Counted from the stretch's first letter, positions 17,643 through 26,954 are shown. The stretch is 36,261 bases of DNA from Pontiella sp. (GCA_029935255.1 JAOZKS010000001.1:1-36261), one strand, 5' to 3'. Notes: generated from the sequence alone by a model not told the origin. Program-made: numbers and translations.

Positions 17643-18854
17643 CTATGGCGCAGCCCGTTCAATGGTAATCCGGTCAAAGCCGAGCCGGTCTAGGAATTCG
17701 TGATAGAACCACGGCGGAGGATCCGCCTTTTTCTGCTGGGCATTCTCGATGTAGGCCTCCCAGGCCTCGGGATAGACCAACAGGGGCGGATGGAATCCCC
17801 CCGCATTGTCCGCAAAATTTCCAGCGAGCAATGCGGCCGAGGCCTTCCGTTGTGCAATGGCATTGCGAGCGCGGCCCTCGGCCTGATCAATGGGATAGCC
17901 AAGCCGGGCAAGGATTGTTAAAGCGGATTCCATCTCCTGGGGTATACGGGTCGGAAATGCATGTTCCCGATATGCATCCGCACAATCAGTGAAGCCAGCC
18001 TGTTCAAAAAATTCGATCCGTTTATTGCTGCGGGTTTCCGGATTGCTCCACGTTTCTCCAAGATAAATAATCTCGGTCAGCCCCGAAGAGAGCCCGCCGA
18101 GCCAAGCCAGCGAACCATCGTCGAGCGCATCGGGAAGCTGATAGGCCGAGTGGCCGATCACGATATAATGTTCGTCGCCCTCGGCATGCTCCACCACGAC
18201 GGATTCAACAAAGAGCCGGGTTCTCGCCTGGCTGTATTCCTCTGGTCGACGCATCGGATAGGTTGGATTTCCATAAACCGGCCAAAGTTCGGAAAGCATC
18301 TGCTTGGTCAAGCGGCGGTCGGCATTTGCGCGATAGCCATCGGCAGACTTAGGTTCGTAGACCATTTGTTTATCCAGGATGGAAGGGAGAAGCAGTGCCG
18401 TTTTCTGGCCGTCAGCCTCAAAACTTCCCGGATCGATTCCCGGCGCAAGAAGCATGAACTGGTAGAGCGATAAGTCCTGCTGCTGGGCAAAGGTTTCGTT
18501 TTCACCCAAAGCCACGGTTCCGCCATCGCGAACATCGGTGGCGATCAGTGCCAGCGAGGGGCTGAAAAGATGAACCGCCACGTATGCGGCATCGGAAAAC
18601 AGAGCCCGTTCCACGGTAAATTCATCCGCGGTGGTGGCTCCGAAATCGGGCGTCGTGCATTCGAGGTGCAGCGAGGGCCGCATGACCCCGCCGCTGAAGG
18701 TATTCCGATTAATTTGGACGGTCAGGTTCTGGGTGATGTTGATGGCCAGCAGGGTGACCAGCAGCAAAGCCACCGCCAACGTGCAAAGCGCAACATCCGA
18801 GAACGATTCAAAAATCGTGCCGTGCTCTTCTTCAGATATAAGATCGTCGATCAT
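17643..18854 (-). CDS. MotB/ExbD/ZorB-like single-pass membrane protein with large uncharacterised periplasmic domain
   Basis: Acidic N-terminus then FESFSD-VALCTLAVALLLVTLL (Asp at the start of the TM helix, as in B subunits of 5:2 ion motors); starts 4 nt after the MotA-like gene. Confidence 0.7.
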   Translation of the reverse strand: MIDDLISEEEHGTIFESFSDVALCTLAVALLLVTLLAINITQNLTVQINRNTFSGGVMRPSLHLECTTPDFGATTADEFTVERALFSDAAYVAVHLFSPSLALIATDVRDGGTVALGENETFAQQQDLSLYQFMLLAPGIDPGSFEADGQKTALLLPSILDKQMVYEPKSADGYRANADRRLTKQMLSELWPVYGNPTYPMRRPEEYSQARTRLFVESVVVEHAEGDEHYIVIGHSAYQLPDALDDGSLAWLGGLSSGLTEIIYLGETWSNPETRSNKRIEFFEQAGFTDCADAYREHAFPTRIPQEMESALTILARLGYPIDQAEGRARNAIAQRKASAALLAGNFADNAGGFHPPLLVYPEAWEAYIENAQQKKADPPPWFYHEFLDRLGFDRITIERAAP

Positions 18855-18858
18855 CGCT

Positions 18859-20328
18859 CTATTCTTCCGTCGATTCAGGTTCGACCGGTGTCGCCAACGC
18901 GGCGAGCGCCCCGGCGGCCTCGGTCAGTTTCCGGGCCAGATCGGAAGCCTTTGATCCCAACCGTTCCTCCGCCTGCTTCCCGGAGACCTCGATGGACTGT
19001 CCAACCTGATCGACCAGATCGACCATTCGCTCGCTCGCCTGACGCTGCGTGTCCTCGGCGGCTTTTTCGACCGACCCCAGAAGTGCTTTCAGCCGCTCGT
19101 CGGCCAATCGGTGGGTCTCTTCCGTAATCTTGTCGATCGTATTCGTGAGAACCTCAAGCCTTTCGGCAGATGTTCGAATGGTTTCTTCACCAATCGTTTG
19201 GCTGGTCGAAACCAACGCCTCGACCCGTTCATCGGCCCGGCGGTTTGTATCCGCCAAATTCTGCTCAACCGCACTCGTGATGGTTTGCAGGCGTTCATCC
19301 GACAACCGGTTGGTTTCTTCGATGGTTGAAACCATTGCCCCCAGACGTTCGTCGGCCATGCGGTTGGTTTCCTCAACGGTTTTATCGACCGTCGTAACGA
19401 GCGTCCCCATGCGGTCGTCCACTTTTTCCGTTATTTTCTCAACGGAAGCCATAAGCCCCTCCACCCGCTCGCCCGCCTGACGGTTGGCTTGCTCGACCAT
19501 GCTCACCAGCTCGCCCAATCCGGAGGCCAAAGTCTGTTGCTTCGAGTCGAGGAGGTCGATGACGGAGGTAAAGCTTGCGCCGAGTTGCTGGAGGCGCCCC
19601 CCCAGCACAACGACTTCCGCTTCGAGCTGCACCAAGGCCTCGGAAGAATTTTGTGAAAACTGCGGAGCAATAAACAGTTCGCTGAAACACAGCGTATCAG
19701 CCACCAGAAGGGTGGCCGATTTTTTCATTTCCGAGCCGAGCACCTTCAAAACCACTCCGCCCAGCAGGGCACCGAAGAAGGTGGTATAGAATGCCGTACC
19801 CATACCGGCCACCGTCTGGTTCAGGCCCTCTTTCATGGCGGCGTAATCCGAGCCGCTAAACTTAAGCACATCGCCCAGACCCGTGACGGTGATGATTAAG
19901 CCCACCACCGTTCCCAGCAGGCCGATGGTGATCAGCATGCCGGAAATCACAGCAATGTTATCGGTTCGCGCCTTGATTTTGATCGAATAGGCGGAAACGA
20001 GGTTTTTCACATCGATCCGCTCGCCACGGCGGATGCGTTCCATGGCGGCATCGAACAGGGCGGCGGCATCGGAGGTATTTGCATCGGAAAGGCGGTGGTT
20101 GGCTTCCATCACCTCCAGCGCCTTGGCTTCGCCTTGTAGATAGTAGGCCAGCCGGAGCGTGGCAAAGAATCCGTAGATAAAGAAGATGACAATTAGATAG
20201 GTGATGTTGCTGGAGTCGGCCGAAAACCCGGCCACAAAATATTCCCAGGTAACCAGCAGGAACACTCCGAGCACCGAGATGCTCCAAAAAATCCACGTCA
20301 TGATCGGGGAAGCTTTTTTCTTCGCCAT
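18859..20328 (-). CDS. MotA/TolQ/ExbB-family channel protein with long helical repeat tail (ZorA-like architecture)
   Basis: Four hydrophobic segments including GLLGTVVGL and GMGTAFYTTFFG, then a ~290-aa helical tail. GAGG RBS before MAKKK. Confidence 0.88.
   Translation of the reverse strand: MAKKKASPIMTWIFWSISVLGVFLLVTWEYFVAGFSADSSNITYLIVIFFIYGFFATLRLAYYLQGEAKALEVMEANHRLSDANTSDAAALFDAAMERIRRGERIDVKNLVSAYSIKIKARTDNIAVISGMLITIGLLGTVVGLIITVTGLGDVLKFSGSDYAAMKEGLNQTVAGMGTAFYTTFFGALLGGVVLKVLGSEMKKSATLLVADTLCFSELFIAPQFSQNSSEALVQLEAEVVVLGGRLQQLGASFTSVIDLLDSKQQTLASGLGELVSMVEQANRQAGERVEGLMASVEKITEKVDDRMGTLVTTVDKTVEETNRMADERLGAMVSTIEETNRLSDERLQTITSAVEQNLADTNRRADERVEALVSTSQTIGEETIRTSAERLEVLTNTIDKITEETHRLADERLKALLGSVEKAAEDTQRQASERMVDLVDQVGQSIEVSGKQAEERLGSKASDLARKLTEAAGALAALATPVEPESTEE
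18955..19491 (-). repeat. About nine 18/22-residue repeats (ETNRxADERL...) in the MotA-like tail
   Basis: QANRQAGERV, KITEKVDDRM, ETNRMADERL, ETNRLSDERL, DTNRRADERV, ETIRTSAERL, ETHRLADERL, DTQRQASERM, VSGKQAEERL at 18- or 22-aa spacing. Confidence 0.85.
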
Positions 20329-20504
20329 AAATATTCCTCTCTCTATTCTCTGCCGCCATTTTGGCGTAACGGTGTGAATATGGCAGATAGATTGAGCATT
20401 CACATAGTGTTATTCGCAATTATTAAGACCTGTTTATCCATCGGACTTTGTCTTACAATTCCTATAAATCCAACATCCCGATCGGTCAGATCAAGGAGCC
20501 AGCC

Positions 20505-21023
20505 ATGGAACAAATCAAAGCCGCCATTCGAACGATTCCGGATTTCCCAACACCCGGAATCCAGTTTAAAGACATCACTCCCCTGCTCGCCGATGGAAAG
20601 CTCTTCGGCCAGACCATCGAGGCATTCAAGGAGCGGCATACGGGCAAAGGGATCGATGTGGTGGTCGGGATCGAGGCGCGCGGCTTCATTTTTGCCTCTG
20701 CCCTTGCCTATGCCCTCGGAGTTGGTACCTGCCTCGTGCGGAAGCCCGGAAAACTCCCCCACACGGTGCATCGGCAAACCTACGAACTCGAATATGGAAC
20801 CGATGCCGTCGAGATCCATGCCGACGCCTTCCGCCCCGGCCAAAAAATCCTGGTCCTCGACGATGTGCTTGCCACCGGTGGAACCGTGGCGGCCACCGTT
20901 GCGTTAATCCAAAACCACTTTGAAGTCGAGATTGCCGAGATCGATTTCCTGATGGAGCTCACCTTCCTCAACGGTCGCAACAAACTCCCCAATCTACCGA
21001 TCCATGCCTTGATTCAGTATTAA
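20505..21023 (+). CDS. apt: Adenine phosphoribosyltransferase
   Basis: IPDFPTPGIQFKDIT, EARGF, VRKPGKLP, YELEYG, VLDDVLATGGT; AAGGAG RBS. Confidence 0.97.
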   Translation: MEQIKAAIRTIPDFPTPGIQFKDITPLLADGKLFGQTIEAFKERHTGKGIDVVVGIEARGFIFASALAYALGVGTCLVRKPGKLPHTVHRQTYELEYGTDAVEIHADAFRPGQKILVLDDVLATGGTVAATVALIQNHFEVEIAEIDFLMELTFLNGRNKLPNLPIHALIQY

Positions 21024-21286
21024 ATCTAAGGGGCCTTTGCGCAGACCGACAGGCTCGGCAAGTCGGAGTTCCTCCGGGGAAACATCGGCACGCCATTTCT
21101 ATATCATTAGTTATATATTTAGGCCAATATTAGGGTTATTTTTGGTGGTTTTATATCATATATGATATATTTATGCGTAACCAAAAGCGGTTCTATGGGG
21201 GGCGGAAAATCTTAAAGTACCGCAAAGGAATGCAACCGCAGAATACGCGGAACCACGCAGAATGAACCCATTGATGGCCACCGGCT

Positions 21287-22177
21287 CTACTTCTGGTTCC
21301 ACGCCGCGATGCACTCTTCGATGCTCAATTCATAGCGCTCAGTGCAGAACTGGCACTGGATGCCGACGGGTTCGTTTTTCTTCACCATCTCCATCCGCTC
21401 GGGGATCGGGAGACTACGGACGACCGCCGTCATTTTTTCGCGACTGCACGTGCATTGAAACCTCGGGGCCGGACAGGCCTCCATGTGCAGGCCCTCGAAC
21501 CCGGATTCGTCGCCCGCAAGCGTCTTGGCCATTTCTTCAAAACACCCTTCCGCCGACCGGTCATGGCTGAGTAATTCACGAAACCCCTCCGCATCCATCT
21601 TACGGCGGAGGCGGTCGAAACGTTCGAGGTCGGTGTTGGGCAGGGCCTGGATCATCCAGCCTTGGCAGAGTTGGATCGGGGTTTCAGGGTCCGCCCTGAA
21701 TCCAATCATCACGCTCATGCCGGTCTCGACCTGATCGGAAATGCAGTAGTGATAAGCCAAATCGTTCACCGCATCGTGCAGCGAAATCGGGGTGGTTCCG
21801 GAGTTGGCAATGGCTCCGTCCGGCTTGGAAACAATCACCTGAAGCGCGCCCACTTCGCCATAGAGGCCATCGTGCGCATCGCCATACATGCTTAAGTGCG
21901 GCGGCGAAATAAACCCGCGAACCGTACCATCCTGCCCCCCATCGACCACGATGGTTTTCAGGGCCCCTTTATACCGCCAGCAGGCATTCAGCCGCTGCCC
22001 CTCCGGCAGCACGGCGGCGGCGAGCAACGCGCCGGTCATCGAACGGCCCAGAATATGCGCGGCGGCGGGATCGCAATTATGGCGCACCACGGCCTCGTTC
22101 ACCGCCTGCGTCGTTACGGCATAGGTGAAGGCAATATCGAGCCCCTTGAAGTGGCCTTTATAAAGTAGATCATTCAT
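21287..22177 (-). CDS. hslO: Hsp33 family redox-regulated chaperone
   Basis: GTVRG, SDQVET, IQALP and C-terminal CTC...CQFC zinc motif. Confidence 0.92.
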   Translation of the reverse strand: MNDLLYKGHFKGLDIAFTYAVTTQAVNEAVVRHNCDPAAAHILGRSMTGALLAAAVLPEGQRLNACWRYKGALKTIVVDGGQDGTVRGFISPPHLSMYGDAHDGLYGEVGALQVIVSKPDGAIANSGTTPISLHDAVNDLAYHYCISDQVETGMSVMIGFRADPETPIQLCQGWMIQALPNTDLERFDRLRRKMDAEGFRELLSHDRSAEGCFEEMAKTLAGDESGFEGLHMEACPAPRFQCTCSREKMTAVVRSLPIPERMEMVKKNEPVGIQCQFCTERYELSIEECIAAWNQK

Positions 22178-22191
22178 AGCGCGCGTATTCT

Positions 22192-22803
22192 TCAAAAAGG
22201 GGCGGGACATTCAAGCCTAATCGATTCGCCGGTGACCGGATGGAATAGCTCCAGCGATTGGGCGTGGAGCATGAGGCGCGCGGCGGGCGTGCCGTAGATG
22301 GGGTCGCCGACGATGGGGAAACCGAGCGCTTGCATGTGGACGCGCAACTGGTGCGAGCGGCCCGTCTTTGGAAATAGTGCGACGCGGGTCGTGCTGGCGG
22401 TTCGATTCAACACCTTCCATTCGGTGATCGCTTTTTTCCCGCGGATGCAGTCGATCAAGTGCTTTGGCGGCAGGCGCTGTTCCATATCCTTGCGCATCGG
22501 ATAATCGACCATGCCCTCGCTCGCCTCGATGATCCCTTCGACAAGGGCCATGTAGGTTTTGCTGATTTCCCGCTTTTCAAACTGCATGGAAATCGTGCGC
22601 TGAGCTTCGGGAGAGCGGGCGAAGAGAATGAGTCCCGACGTATCCATATCCAGCCGATGCACCACCCGCGCATCGGGGAACGATTCGAGCAAACGGTGGT
22701 AGCAGCAGTCCTGCTTATCCGGTCCTCGGCCCGGTACCGTAAGCAAGCCCGTCGGCTTGTTCACCGCCAAAACCGCCTCGTCGCTATGAATGATTTCCAA
22801 CAT
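22192..22803 (-). CDS. rluA: RluA-family pseudouridine synthase
   Basis: VNKPTGLL, HRLDMDTSG, TGRSHQLRVH, GDPIY, LMLHA. Confidence 0.93.
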   Translation of the reverse strand: MLEIIHSDEAVLAVNKPTGLLTVPGRGPDKQDCCYHRLLESFPDARVVHRLDMDTSGLILFARSPEAQRTISMQFEKREISKTYMALVEGIIEASEGMVDYPMRKDMEQRLPPKHLIDCIRGKKAITEWKVLNRTASTTRVALFPKTGRSHQLRVHMQALGFPIVGDPIYGTPAARLMLHAQSLELFHPVTGESIRLECPAPF

Positions 22804-23053
22804 CCGGGAAAAGTGCCTTAATCCACAGTCGCAACCGATTCCAATTTTGGAAAATCTTTGCCCCGCACACGGCCTACCCCCTCTTTCCATGGCTTAAAAA
22901 AATATGTTGATTAAGATTATTGCCCTGTTTTAGATATTATACTTTTGCAATGTATAATATTTTAAAATACCCCTTGACCAATGTAAGGGTTTAGGAGTAG
23001 AAGGCTTTAAGTTCTATTGGGCAATGGTGTCCGTAGACAAACCTCAGGAGAGT

Positions 23054-23722
23054 ATGATGAAACGAATATGTTTATTCCTGATCGTTACAATGATGATCGG
23101 CATATTGCCAACGGCATTGGCAAACCCAGTATGGGTCGCAACCGAGGATCCGGGTCTTCCATTACAGGACGATTGGGTTATTCCAGAATGGACTGAGTAC
23201 GAAGAGCTGGGTATTGGATTCCCGCCTGATGAACTCATTTCCGTGCAAGAGATTCCCTGGCTCGGCCACAAACCCTGCCCAACAGACTTCACAGGTCTAG
23301 GCGCGATGGTTCAGCTTGAGATCACCAATCTTACCGGTGAAGACAAATGGGGGTTGATCTATGTGGCTGATCCAGAAACAAGCCTCTCGAACGTGGACGA
23401 ACTGGTGGCAGATCAAAATGCACCTTTGATTTATACGCATTCGTTCGCAATCGATTGGGGGGGGTTCAATACGCCACTCGTGTATGAAAGCATGACGCAA
23501 GATGGTATCTTCGAGGCTGGCGAAACCTGGGAGTTCATCATTCAGGACTACAACAACTCGCTCAACCTTCCCGCGAGCATGATCGACTCCTTGGGTGTTG
23601 CCGGTGCCTCCCAAGGCGGATCGCCCTCTTCCGGAAGCATCATTGCGATTCCCGAACCCAATGTAATCGTCATGATTCTCATGTCGGGAGGAGGTCTGTT
23701 CTTCTTTCGCCGTAAATTCTGA
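23054..23722 (+). CDS. PEP-CTERM sorting domain protein
   Basis: AGGAG RBS, signal peptide, acidic mature region, terminal IPEPNVIVMILMSGGGLFFFRRKF. Confidence 0.9.
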   Translation: MMKRICLFLIVTMMIGILPTALANPVWVATEDPGLPLQDDWVIPEWTEYEELGIGFPPDELISVQEIPWLGHKPCPTDFTGLGAMVQLEITNLTGEDKWGLIYVADPETSLSNVDELVADQNAPLIYTHSFAIDWGGFNTPLVYESMTQDGIFEAGETWEFIIQDYNNSLNLPASMIDSLGVAGASQGGSPSSGSIIAIPEPNVIVMILMSGGGLFFFRRKF

Positions 23723-23804
23723 TACAGGGTCGCACCTACGGAATATTACCGGTTACAACATTCCTTAATACGATCTAGCCCGACTTGGCTAAACCGGCCC
23801 GCTC

Positions 23805-23839
23805 AACCATCTCGCCTACTTTGCGGCGGGGTGGTTTTT
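23805..23839 (+). terminator. Intrinsic terminator
   Basis: AACCATCTCGCC / GGCGGGGTGGTT 12-bp stem with G-U pairs, running into a T-tract. Confidence 0.7.
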
Positions 23840-23858
23840 GACGCGTGGGGTCGCCCTT

Positions 23859-23937
23859 GTAGACGATGCTTCCAGCTTCGTTTCGCATTATCAAATGCAC
23901 GTTGTTCTACCTAAACGAAGCTGGAAGCATCGTCTAC
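23859..23937. repeat. GTAG-type REP doublet (REPIN-like)
   Basis: Perfect 25-bp inverted repeat GTAGACGATGCTTCCAGCTTCGTTT with a 29-nt spacer between convergent genes. Confidence 0.8.
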
Positions 23938-23942
23938 GTTCC

Positions 23943-24605
23943 CTACATGTCCAGCACGGTTTCGGGATAGATCTGGCCATCGTTGCCGATCTTGAAGACG
24001 TAGATGAGCCCAGGGCGGAGGCGCTTGTAGACGGCGTTGCCGTAGACGGCTTTAATGCCGTGCTCGCAGAGGGCCTCGGGGTTGTTCGCCAGATCCCAGA
24101 TGGCTTCCCAAAACAGTTCCTGCTCGGGTAGCTTGAGGTCGCGCAGAAGCCCGGCGTAGCGCTCGGGGTTCGTGCCGGGTGTTTCGATGTCGTAGCCTTC
24201 GGATGGGTTCATGTTCTCGCCGTAGACACGCCGCCATAGGTAGAGCGATCGCGCCTTGCCGTCCATGACGGCTTGGTCGGAAAAGGTAACGATAAGGGTG
24301 TCGAAGTGGACAACATCGCCTTCGATCTCGTATTCCTTTTCAAGCACGGTGGTGAGGATGTCGCCGCGCGCAGTTTCAACAAATTTGATGGTGGTGTAGA
24401 GCGTACCGTCGCGCTCCTCCTGTTTAATCACCTTGGCAAAGCCAATCTGATCCTCATGCGTGAGGGTGGTGATGGCCGCTTTGAGTTTTTGATTGTCGCC
24501 GAGCAAATCGTGAATCGTCTTGGTTCCGTAGAAGAGGGTCCCGCCCACAAGGGCGAGCACGATAAGCGTTAGCACGGTTGTGATGAACTTGAATACGCGT
24601 TTCAT
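23943..24605 (-). CDS. Hypothetical single-TM membrane-anchored protein
   Basis: N-terminal TM helix, short coiled coil, globular domain; clean 220-aa frame. Confidence 0.75.
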   Translation of the reverse strand: MKRVFKFITTVLTLIVLALVGGTLFYGTKTIHDLLGDNQKLKAAITTLTHEDQIGFAKVIKQEERDGTLYTTIKFVETARGDILTTVLEKEYEIEGDVVHFDTLIVTFSDQAVMDGKARSLYLWRRVYGENMNPSEGYDIETPGTNPERYAGLLRDLKLPEQELFWEAIWDLANNPEALCEHGIKAVYGNAVYKRLRPGLIYVFKIGNDGQIYPETVLDM

Positions 24606-24743
24606 AACTATCGGGAATGTCACGCAAAGACGCGAAGGACGCAAAGGTTAATTCCACTGAAACTCTGCTTTTATCTAATCGGAGTCCACTGTACAGTTTC
24701 TCGATTCGTCCGCCTTATATTGAATAACCAAGGGAATCCCGTT

Positions 24744-26084
24744 ATGATAATCAAATCCACCCGATTCATTCTTCTTTTTCTTTTTCTGCTCATCGTTTCA
24801 TGGGTGCAAGGCTCAACCCCAAAACCAAACTTCATCCTGATCATGGCGGATGACATGGGGTATTCCGGGCTCTCCTGCTACGGAAATACCGCTGGCATTC
24901 AAACTCCGAACCTGGATCGCATGGCCGCAATGGGGGTGAAGTTTACGGACTTTCACTCCAATGGTGCCGTGTGCAGCCCGACCCGGGCAGCGCTACTCAG
25001 CGGTCGATACCAGCAGCGTACAGGCATTACCGGAGTGGTGAAGGCCAAGGAGTGCCGGAATCAGGGTTTGGCTCTTGAGGAGTTTACGATTGCTGAAATG
25101 CTGAAGTCCGGCGGATACGCGACGGCGTTGTTCGGGAAATGGCATGTGGGTTATTCCACTAAATTTAATCCGATCAAGCAGGGCTTCGACGAATTCATCG
25201 GGTTTGTCAGCGGCAACGTGGACTATCAATCCCACCTCGACCTCGCCCAGCAGGAGGACTGGTGGAAGCAGGATCGACTCACCCCGGAAGAAGGCTATCA
25301 AACCACCTTGATCGGCCGGCACACGCTCGACTTTATTGAACGGAACAAGGACAACCCGTTCTTCGCCTATGTTGCTTTCGGCGCGCCGCACAGCCCGTTC
25401 CAAGGCCCCAACGACCCGCCCGTGCGCGGGGCCGGCTCGGCAAAACAAGGGGGTATTGACATGGAGCGCGCCTACCGGGAGATGATTGAATCGATGGATC
25501 TGGAAGTTGGCCGCATCCTTTCCTCGCTTGAAGAACTGGGTTTGACCCAAACCACCTTTATCTTCTTCTGCTCCGACAATGGCCCTGCGAAGGAGTGGTC
25601 GCAATCGACCGACCTGAGAGGCAAGAAAGGTTCAATGACCGAAGGGGGCCACCGTGTGCCGGGCATTGCCTATTGGCCAGGAACCATCCCGCCTGCGGTT
25701 ACAGACGAAACCGCCATGATCCTCGATTTCTATACCACCTATGCGGCACTCTCCGGCACCCCTTTGCCCAAGGGAGTGAAGCTTGATGGAATTGATCTTT
25801 CCCCCTTGCTGTTGAAGGGTGAGAAACTCCCGGAGCGCATGCTCTTTTGGGCCAAGACGGGTTCTGGTGCGGCGCGGCGCGGCCCATGGAAATATGTTCA
25901 GAACAACAAGGGGCAGTTGTATAATCTGGATAACGACCTTGCGGAAAGCATCGATCTCTCCACCCAACATCCTGAAATCTTCCAGCAACTGGAAGAAGAT
26001 TATGCCGCCTGGACGGCTGAGGTGAATGCCCATCCGACCGGACCGGAGATCGATCCAGACGTTTCCGCCACACCCCCGAAATAG
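24744..26084 (+). CDS. Formylglycine-dependent (S1) sulfatase
   Basis: Signal peptide, PNFILIMADDMG, CSPTRAALLSGRY, GKWHVG, SDNG, EGGHRVP. Confidence 0.96.
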   Translation: MIIKSTRFILLFLFLLIVSWVQGSTPKPNFILIMADDMGYSGLSCYGNTAGIQTPNLDRMAAMGVKFTDFHSNGAVCSPTRAALLSGRYQQRTGITGVVKAKECRNQGLALEEFTIAEMLKSGGYATALFGKWHVGYSTKFNPIKQGFDEFIGFVSGNVDYQSHLDLAQQEDWWKQDRLTPEEGYQTTLIGRHTLDFIERNKDNPFFAYVAFGAPHSPFQGPNDPPVRGAGSAKQGGIDMERAYREMIESMDLEVGRILSSLEELGLTQTTFIFFCSDNGPAKEWSQSTDLRGKKGSMTEGGHRVPGIAYWPGTIPPAVTDETAMILDFYTTYAALSGTPLPKGVKLDGIDLSPLLLKGEKLPERMLFWAKTGSGAARRGPWKYVQNNKGQLYNLDNDLAESIDLSTQHPEIFQQLEEDYAAWTAEVNAHPTGPEIDPDVSATPPK

Positions 26085-26091
26085 CGTGCGG

Positions 26092-26169
26092 CTACTCCGG
26101 GGCAACGTCCCATACATGGAGGTCGGTGATGATGGTGATGCGTGCGGCGCTCACCTTCGGCATTGGCAT
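26092..26169 (-). pseudogene. Possible 5' remnant of a second metallophosphoesterase
   Basis: 25-codon frame MPMPKVSAARITIITDLHVWDVAPE*; RITIITDLH resembles calcineurin-like motif I. Confidence 0.3.
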
Positions 26170-26213
26170 GGTGGAATTCGTGGGTATGGCTCGAACGAGC
26201 CGGCATCGGAGGC

Positions 26214-26954
26214 TTAGACCCTTTCAAGGGGTTGGAAGTCGCGCAAGAGGCGTATGCCCTTCGGGTCGACCTGCACCATCGCCGGCCCGGCATCGTCCTT
26301 GTGGGCGCTCAGGGTGTAGTAGGTCGTTCCGTCAATTTTCCGGAGATCATCGGCATGCTGGTGGCCTTGAAATACGGCCTGCACGTTCCCGGAAAGCCCA
26401 ATCATCTCGCGAACCTCGGCATGGTTCTTAACGGCAAATTCACTCGCGAGATCGATTCGCTGGTGCGAGAGCACGATGACCGGAAGCGACGAGGCGGCAA
26501 GGCAACCCCGCAGCCAATCGAGCTGCTCCCCGGGAATAAACGATTCCTGCCATTGAAAATTTCCGCAGTCGTATTCCGTCCCGTCCGGCGAAAAGTTGCC
26601 GTCGATGCAGATGAATCCATAGCCCCCCTGCTCAAAATGGAAGCGGGAAGGGTTCCCCGCGCAACCAAGCGCGTTGTGGAATTGTGCCTTGGAGAGATGG
26701 TCGAGATCATGATTCCCGGGCATGTAGTGGACGGTGCCGCGGAACGAATCGCACAGGGCAACCACTTCGCGCAGCAATCGTTCGGCTTGGGTCTCGCTGG
26801 TCCCATCGACAAGATCGCCCAGAACCACCAGCGTATCGGCGTCCCCTTGGTTGAGGGTTGCGATGGATTCGTATAGGCGATTCAAAGACTGCACCCCACC
26901 ATCATAATGGAGGTCGTTAAGCAACCCCACCTTTAGCTGTTGTACAGATTTCAT
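26214..26954 (-). CDS. Calcineurin-like metallophosphoesterase
   Basis: DLH, GDLVD, GNHD, SH and GHQH metal-binding motifs. Confidence 0.92.
   Translation of the reverse strand: MKSVQQLKVGLLNDLHYDGGVQSLNRLYESIATLNQGDADTLVVLGDLVDGTSETQAERLLREVVALCDSFRGTVHYMPGNHDLDHLSKAQFHNALGCAGNPSRFHFEQGGYGFICIDGNFSPDGTEYDCGNFQWQESFIPGEQLDWLRGCLAASSLPVIVLSHQRIDLASEFAVKNHAEVREMIGLSGNVQAVFQGHQHADDLRKIDGTTYYTLSAHKDDAGPAMVQVDPKGIRLLRDFQPLERV

Noticed and set aside
15779-20328. Canonical Zorya defence system or flagellar stator
   Set aside because: No zorC/D/E-like gene, no OmpA-like domain visible in the B subunit and no flagellar genes; only the architecture is ZorAB-like.
26000-26293. His-rich 97-aa ORF (THHHHHR)
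   Set aside because: Overlaps two real genes and has no RBS; the His run is another frame of the ITIITD sequence.
26142-26876. 244-aa plus-strand ORF
   Set aside because: Antisense shadow of the metallophosphoesterase.
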